Positions 58,466 through 64,000 of a stretch of DNA of 64,000 nt are shown one piece after another. The translations under genes were made by a program, and so were the position numbers. This DNA comes from Candidatus Zixiibacteriota bacterium (GTDB taxonomy: Bacteria; Zixibacteria; MSB-5A5; UBA10806; 4484-95). The stretch spans positions 192,001 to 256,000 of the forward strand of contig JBBIRK010000001.1 in NCBI GenBank assembly GCA_037441845.1, in the 5' to 3' direction. How positions within the stretch are numbered: the first letter of the stretch is position 1; each line of letters begins with the position of its first letter. The notes beneath the pieces are model-generated. The model worked only from the letters and a program-made list of their open reading frames with translations. It was not told the origin of the DNA and did no database searches.

Positions 58466-60187
58466 CTATCGTCGACCGGAAGCATCCGCCCCGATTGCGA
58501 TAAGGCTGTCGAGAATCCTGATCGCCGGAATTACCATCTTGTCATTTCTGCCCTTGGGCGTGGCCGCATATCTTTCGAGATACTCCCTTGCCTCTGAATA
58601 TCGTCCCAAGCGGTTAAGCAAAACGGCCAGATAATTCATAGCGAAAACGTCATCGGGTTTCAGGCGAAGCGTCTCCTTGAAATTGGCTTCCGCCTCTCTG
58701 TGTTTACCCTGCTCCATTTGCACGAAACCCAGCCAAAGAAAAAGCCGCGGATGGTCTTTGAAAGTAACCGCCAGAGCATAAGCTTTCTCCGCGAGCGGGA
58801 GGTTTTTGGCGTAATAGTAATGTTCGCCGAGCACTTCATAATTATACCAGGCGCGAGCCGGGTCCAAAGCGGCGATATTCCAGAACCGCAACCGCGATGC
58901 CTCCAGATTCGAATTCAGGTAAATCCAAGGCAACACCAACGAAAGCGACAGCACCGCCACGATCAGCTTGAATTTTCTGCTGCGATTGGACCAATCGACG
59001 CCTAGAAAAAGCGAAAGATGCGGCGTTAGCAATAACAATGCGAATAGGTCCCAATCGCGCGCCATGCCCAACCGCGGGTCGATCAGAACAATCAGAACCA
59101 AGGCACATGCAGTCGACAACCAGAAGCCGATTCTCAATCTCCTGAGTACCTCATCCGAGGAATTGACCCTCTGAAAACCTATTAGCAACACCGAGGTTGG
59201 TAGAACCAAGAACAATAGATTGGCAAGATCAACCAAATGGCGCGGACTGAAAACAGCATACTCCGGATCCGATCGGCCGCTCGAGAGAAGCATACCGGGA
59301 ATCTCCTTGTTCACGTGGGCGAAAATCATATATACCGCCGTGATTATCGGCACCAGCATTATATGTAGAGACCGCAACGGAGATTTTCTCGACAGCAACC
59401 GAACCTTTGCTTGATACAAAATAAACGGGAGGATAACCACCGCCAGATTATGCATGAAAAAGGCCAGTAAAAAGAAAAGCAGGCTCGAGTTCAACCTTTT
59501 TCCGGTTTCCGAATAAACGATCGTCTGCTGCACCGTCACGAGCGAGAGTGCGGCGGCAAGGGCGTAATTTTCGGCATATCCAAAAAACATCATCACCCCA
59601 CCCCAGCCCAAAAGATAAGACAGAGTCAACCATTTTTCCGCGCCGAAACGAACCAACCATCGGGCGAGAGCCCAGCCACCATAAAAATAAATCATTCCCG
59701 CCAGATAGCTCCAGAAACGGAAACAATCGACCGCATTCAATCCGATCGGTTTGAAAATGTATTTGTAGCTCAGGTAATGAATAGCATAATCCAGCGGCTC
59801 ACTTGCCGCATCGATAAAAAACCGATGAAATCCTTTCTTTTCCATTTCCTGGATCCGTAATGGACCATCGCCGAGCAGATTGGCGCTGTCGCTGAAAAGA
59901 CGGAAAATGAGCAATAAACCTCCGATTACTAAGACGCCGAGGATGATGCGATTGGCTCTTCCGCCGGCTTCGGTCCTTTTCGTTGCGGCGCTCTGGATCT
60001 CGGACTTTCCGATAAGCAGAATAACTGCGGCCACAAAGATCAAATAGGCATAGGAAATAAAATGGGGGAAGTATGCGAAAATATCGACGCCCCAGAGCCT
60101 GATTCCGGGGAAATTGAGCGCCACGGCGCGCAAGGCGATCAAAGACAGCGAAAGCGCGATAGTCATGATTTTCTCGCTCTTATACAA
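58466..60187 (-). CDS. Polytopic membrane protein with C-terminal TPRs (GT-C-like)
   Basis: More than 10 hydrophobic segments; LLGDG, GYAENY, RDWDLF; TPR helices (LGEHYY...AEKAY, LGFVQMEQG...AEANF). Confidence 0.7.
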   Translation of the reverse strand: MYKSEKIMTIALSLSLIALRAVALNFPGIRLWGVDIFAYFPHFISYAYLIFVAAVILLIGKSEIQSAATKRTEAGGRANRIILGVLVIGGLLLIFRLFSDSANLLGDGPLRIQEMEKKGFHRFFIDAASEPLDYAIHYLSYKYIFKPIGLNAVDCFRFWSYLAGMIYFYGGWALARWLVRFGAEKWLTLSYLLGWGGVMMFFGYAENYALAAALSLVTVQQTIVYSETGKRLNSSLLFFLLAFFMHNLAVVILPFILYQAKVRLLSRKSPLRSLHIMLVPIITAVYMIFAHVNKEIPGMLLSSGRSDPEYAVFSPRHLVDLANLLFLVLPTSVLLIGFQRVNSSDEVLRRLRIGFWLSTACALVLIVLIDPRLGMARDWDLFALLLLTPHLSLFLGVDWSNRSRKFKLIVAVLSLSLVLPWIYLNSNLEASRLRFWNIAALDPARAWYNYEVLGEHYYYAKNLPLAEKAYALAVTFKDHPRLFLWLGFVQMEQGKHREAEANFKETLRLKPDDVFAMNYLAVLLNRLGRYSEAREYLERYAATPKGRNDKMVIPAIRILDSLIAIGADASGRR

Positions 60188-60240
60188 GGACGGATCCCGG
60201 TCAATAGTTCACACTTGATTCTTGAAATGAATATAAAATA

Positions 60241-60271
60241 AAAAAAGCCATCTTCGGTAGGAAAAGATGGC
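60241..60271 (-). terminator. Intrinsic terminator after the GlmL-like gene
   Basis: GCCATCTT/AAGATGGC stem followed by a T run on the minus strand. Confidence 0.7.
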
Positions 60272-60314
60272 GTCATCAAATTGCTTCGACAGGGAATTTA
60301 GAATCAGGAGCGGT

Positions 60315-62183
60315 TCAATATTTCTTCTTGACGTGCTCGAGCCCCTCCTTGGGATAAACATCCAGCTCGAGCATCCACTCTTTGAGCTTGGCCACTCGGG
60401 TATTGGTGTCGGTGGGCAGATTGAAAGGTCTGCCACGCCCATCGAGAATAATCCCTACCACACCTCCGGAAATAGTCCCTTCTATTTTATCGTTTTTCCC
60501 TTTGCCCAGATCGAGTCCGCGCCCGGGGATAAATTCCGCCTTGGCTTTCAACGGCACGCCTTTTTCGTCGATCCCCAGCTTGATCAACTTTATCTGGCCG
60601 AATATGATTTTGCCCTCCTCGATCCGGCCGCCGGGAAGCTCGATCTTGTAAGACATCATTTCCCTTCCTTCTTTCGCCTCGCCGGCAGGAGCCACGCACG
60701 TCCCGAGATGAATAAGACAATCCTTATTGAACACCTCGCGGGCGGCCTGGTCGTGCAAAGTCGAAAGCACACCCAGTTGAGGCATCATGAAAATCGAATC
60801 GACCGCAAGTCTGGTCACGCCCTCGGGGAGGAACGCGTCTATCAGCATCATCGCGGCCTGATTGCGTCTGGGCGCATGCGAAAGAACGCCTCCCGAGCCA
60901 ATCAGCATATCGAGCGTCATCATGTTAACCAAAGTCTGCCCCGACGCCGTCTGTTCGAAAGCATCGGCGATTGTCCGCTGCTGTTGCACCCCTTTGAGCA
61001 CCGTAGCGAACGATTTATGCTGAATGAATGCCAGCCGCAGCGCTTCCTTGGCGATCGCCTGCTCGAAAATCAATTCTTCCATAAGTTGCGGAATCGTGGT
61101 CGGGCGAATCATCTTGTTCTTGACTCGATTGCGCAAATCGCGTTCGTCCATGTCGAACGGCACCCAGCGCATTACGTTGGGTAGAGTCGCCTCCGCGAAT
61201 ACGTTCGAGACCGAATAACTCATGCCGAGATTGGCCGACACCGTGCGGTTGAATATCCCCTCGCCGCCATCGGGCCGGAAAACGCTGAATATATCGGTCG
61301 TCGCTCCGCCGATATCGACGCCGACGACTTCTATATTTTCGAGATCGGAAATTTTCTTCATTATCAGGCCGACCGCTCCGGGAGTGGGCATTATGGGCGC
61401 ATCCGTCCAGCTCATCAATTTCGAATAACCGGGCGCCTGAGCCATGACATGTTCCATGAACAGGTCGTGAATTTTCTCGCGCGCCGGAAGAAGATTTTCT
61501 TTTTCGAGCACCGGGCGAAGATTATCCACGATATCGAGCGCGGTTTTTTTGCCCAACGTTTCCTTAACCGCTTCCCGGGCATCGACATTGCCCGCATAAA
61601 TTACCGGCAGATTGTAGCCGTGGCCGAGCCGTGGCTTCGGATCAGCCGCCGCTATGAGCTCGGCCAGTTCCACCACGTGCGTCGTCGTGCCGCCATCGAT
61701 ACCGCCGGAAAGCAAAATCATATCCGGGCGAAGGTGGCGGATACGTTCGATTTGCTCGTGCGGAAGGCGTTTATCGTTCGAGGCGATAACGTCCATCACG
61801 ATGGCTCCCGCGCCGAGCGCGGCCCGCTCCGCCGATTCCGCCGTCATGGAACGCACCACGCCGGCCACCATCATTTGCAAGCCGCCGCCCGCGGACGATG
61901 TCGATATGTATATGTCGGTTCCCACATTCCCCTTGGCCGGGCTTATGATTTTGTTGTTTTCGTCGAGGATTTTCCTCCCGGAAAGCTCTTCCACCTCTCC
62001 TATGGCATTCAGAACCCCCATCGTAACGTCCTCGAAAGGAGCCTCGACGGTGGTGGGCGCTTCGCCCCGCACAATCAATCGATATTCGCCGTCGCGATAC
62101 TCGATCAAGATCGCCTTAGTGGTGGTGGAACCGCAATCGGTGGCCAGAATTACTTTTATTTCTTCAGGTTTTAAGCCGCGCAT
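60315..62183 (-). CDS. GlmL/MutL-like (glutamate mutase L family) actin-fold ATPase with C-terminal extension
   Basis: TDCGSTTTK (phosphate 1), SSAGGGL, AALGAGA, LSGGIDGG, MPTPGAV, VDIGGATTD (phosphate 2), RTVSANLGM, GSGGVL. Confidence 0.85.
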   Translation of the reverse strand: MRGLKPEEIKVILATDCGSTTTKAILIEYRDGEYRLIVRGEAPTTVEAPFEDVTMGVLNAIGEVEELSGRKILDENNKIISPAKGNVGTDIYISTSSAGGGLQMMVAGVVRSMTAESAERAALGAGAIVMDVIASNDKRLPHEQIERIRHLRPDMILLSGGIDGGTTTHVVELAELIAAADPKPRLGHGYNLPVIYAGNVDAREAVKETLGKKTALDIVDNLRPVLEKENLLPAREKIHDLFMEHVMAQAPGYSKLMSWTDAPIMPTPGAVGLIMKKISDLENIEVVGVDIGGATTDIFSVFRPDGGEGIFNRTVSANLGMSYSVSNVFAEATLPNVMRWVPFDMDERDLRNRVKNKMIRPTTIPQLMEELIFEQAIAKEALRLAFIQHKSFATVLKGVQQQRTIADAFEQTASGQTLVNMMTLDMLIGSGGVLSHAPRRNQAAMMLIDAFLPEGVTRLAVDSIFMMPQLGVLSTLHDQAAREVFNKDCLIHLGTCVAPAGEAKEGREMMSYKIELPGGRIEEGKIIFGQIKLIKLGIDEKGVPLKAKAEFIPGRGLDLGKGKNDKIEGTISGGVVGIILDGRGRPFNLPTDTNTRVAKLKEWMLELDVYPKEGLEHVKKKY

Positions 62184-62251
62184 TTTTCGCCTCTATTTTA
62201 ATATCCGAACCCAAACACAACCGCCAAATATCATGAATCCGACACCAAAAG

Positions 62252-63697
62252 TCAATCGGATTTGCCTGAGGATCGGCTGTGGGACATTGCGCTGATCAAC
62301 GGATTGGCCGCCAGCGAGACCAGCATGCCGATAGTTCCGGCTTGCGGCGATGGCTGTCCGGCGAGATAGAGTATAATGCAGGTCGCCAAACCGCCGAGCG
62401 ATGATGAGATCGCCCCGAATTTATTGACTTTCCGGCTCATCACCCCCCAGAAAAACGGCCCCAGAAACGTGGATCCTATGGCGCCCCACGAGATCCCGAG
62501 AATCGCCACGATCGAGGAGGGACGATAATAAGCCAGGAGCACTGATAGGCATACGAAAAAGACTGCCGATATCCGCATCAGCACCGTCAACCCGCGATCG
62601 GATACTTTCCGATTGATAAAGCCCGAATAAACATCTTTTGCCAGCGACGAACTCGATATCAGCACCAATGCCGCCAAAGTTGACATTGAAGCCGACAGTA
62701 TCAGAAGCAGCATCAATATGGCAAGCGATGGTGACATGACGTTCGCCAAAAAAACCGGCATCAAGGCATCGAAAATCGGTCGGCCGTCCTTGAACGCCGC
62801 CGGAGCGTCGGCAGCCGACAAAAAACTTCGGGTTGCGGCACCCACGAAATAAGCCGTGCCGGTTATCAGAATGGAAAAAGCGGTGGAGGCGATCATGCCT
62901 GTCTTGATCGCTTTTCTATCGCGAATCGCATAAAATTTCTGGACAAGCTGCGGCATCGCGAAAGGCGCAACGCTGGTCAAAAACACCAGTGAAAACAGAG
63001 GCCACAAACCGGGTGGACCGACGACTTCCGTCAATTTGCCATCGATCGCCGCCAATCCGGTTACCAGCGGCGCCAAACCGCCCGCTTTGTCGATCACATT
63101 CGCCAATAGGGCGGTAGCGCCCACAACCATTATCATGCCGAATAGAACATCGATTATGGTCATCGATCGATAACCGCCCAGCACAAGATAAAATCCGGTG
63201 AACCCGCCCATGAACAGCAGAGCCAACCCATACTGAATGTTGAAATTCGCTTGAAATAGATAGGAAAGCCCGATAAACACAGCCGCCGAGTACGGGATAA
63301 AAAAGATGAATATCATGATCGAACCGTATAATTTGAAAAGTCCGCTGCCGTATCTTTTCTCCAAAAATTCCGGCAGGGTGCTCACACCGTAATCGATCGA
63401 CATTTTCTTTATTCGATATCCCATCAGCCACCATACCGCCAGAACGCCGATTAAAGAATTTCCGGCTGCTATCCAAAGACCGGACAGACCGAACTCCCAC
63501 CCGATCTTGCCGGCGAATCCAATAAACAGCACCGCCGAAAAATAGGCGGCTCCGTAAGTAAAAGCGGTCATCACCGGTCCGATTTTACCTCCGCCCAGAA
63601 AATAATCCGAAAAAGATTTCGCTTTCCGCAACCCGATAAGGCCGACAACGATATTCATCAAAGCAAATGCCGCCAGGACCAAAATCTTAACCGTCAT
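62252..63697 (-). CDS. Sodium:solute symporter family protein (PutP/PanF-like)
   Basis: DYFLGG, FSAVLFIGFAG, TLPEFLEKRY, LGGYRS, PQLVQKFY, SASMST; roughly 13 TMs. Confidence 0.92.
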   Translation of the reverse strand: MTVKILVLAAFALMNIVVGLIGLRKAKSFSDYFLGGGKIGPVMTAFTYGAAYFSAVLFIGFAGKIGWEFGLSGLWIAAGNSLIGVLAVWWLMGYRIKKMSIDYGVSTLPEFLEKRYGSGLFKLYGSIMIFIFFIPYSAAVFIGLSYLFQANFNIQYGLALLFMGGFTGFYLVLGGYRSMTIIDVLFGMIMVVGATALLANVIDKAGGLAPLVTGLAAIDGKLTEVVGPPGLWPLFSLVFLTSVAPFAMPQLVQKFYAIRDRKAIKTGMIASTAFSILITGTAYFVGAATRSFLSAADAPAAFKDGRPIFDALMPVFLANVMSPSLAILMLLLILSASMSTLAALVLISSSSLAKDVYSGFINRKVSDRGLTVLMRISAVFFVCLSVLLAYYRPSSIVAILGISWGAIGSTFLGPFFWGVMSRKVNKFGAISSSLGGLATCIILYLAGQPSPQAGTIGMLVSLAANPLISAMSHSRSSGKSD

Positions 63698-63733
63698 TCA
63701 TCCCCTCCGCCTATCCTTCTGCGTTCACTCGAC

Positions 63734-64000
63734 TCAATAGTCAACGGACAGCTCCATTCTTGCCCAAAGATAATTATCAGCGCCGGTGAAATAGTAATTT
63801 CCGGGGCTGAAATATTCGCATAGAAAATGCCCCTTGATTCGGTCATCTATTTTATAGAACAATTGCCCTATCGCTAAATCACCGCGAACGTTTCCTCCGC
63901 CTCGGATCGAATCCAGATACATGGGTTTCGCCGGCGCCATTAGTCGCTGATATTGCAACTGCAGCTCCAGCTTTCCGCCAAACTCGAAAGTCGATGATAT
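63734..64000 (-). CDS. 5'-partial outer-membrane beta-barrel protein (alginate-export-like C-terminus)
   Basis: Frame is open from the window edge; ends EYFSPGNYY...ADNYLWARMELSVDY with a terminal aromatic residue. Confidence 0.6.
   Translation of the reverse strand: MSSTFEFGGKLELQLQYQRLMAPAKPMYLDSIRGGGNVRGDLAIGQLFYKIDDRIKGHFLCEYFSPGNYYFTGADNYLWARMELSVDY

Noticed and set aside
60315..62183. Calling this a glutamate/methylaspartate mutase or the DNA-repair MutL
   Set aside because: It has actin-fold motifs, not GHKL or B12-binding motifs, and no mutase subunits are in the window.
1..64000. tRNA, rRNA, IS elements, prophage
   Set aside because: Intergenic gaps are short, and I saw no cloverleaf, transposase, integrase or phage genes by eye.

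Overview
A gene-dense bacterial chromosomal segment with no rRNA, tRNA, CRISPR array or mobile element that I can detect. The lineage is probably an anaerobic diderm; the C25 protease with a dockerin-like tail suggests Zixibacteria, but this is inference. Housekeeping genes include rho, rsfS, panD, a GlmU N-terminal domain, glnA, bcp, mutM, lepA, an ABC-F ATPase and a phosphohexomutase. The main feature is a minus-strand array (31784-48599) of four paralogous four-gene membrane cassettes in identical order. A = signal peptide + FN3-like domain + TM + conserved alpha/beta domain (DUF6754-like); B and D = polytopic membrane proteins; C = two-TM protein with an external alpha/beta domain. The cassettes fall into two co-evolving subtypes. 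The array is headed by a single-copy 375-aa soluble protein, and about 10 kb further upstream lies an orphan GlmL/MutL-like actin-fold ATPase with no glutamate mutase in the window. I propose an uncharacterised modular transmembrane machine: a shared energising pair plus several substrate-specific cassettes. Other notable items are an Spt + bacterial ceramide synthase-like pair, an AbfD-like enzyme with altered catalytic residues, an active/inactive transglutaminase-like pair, a BCP peroxiredoxin with an optional lipoprotein signal, and a TPR pseudogene. All family assignments come from motif recognition, without database searches.
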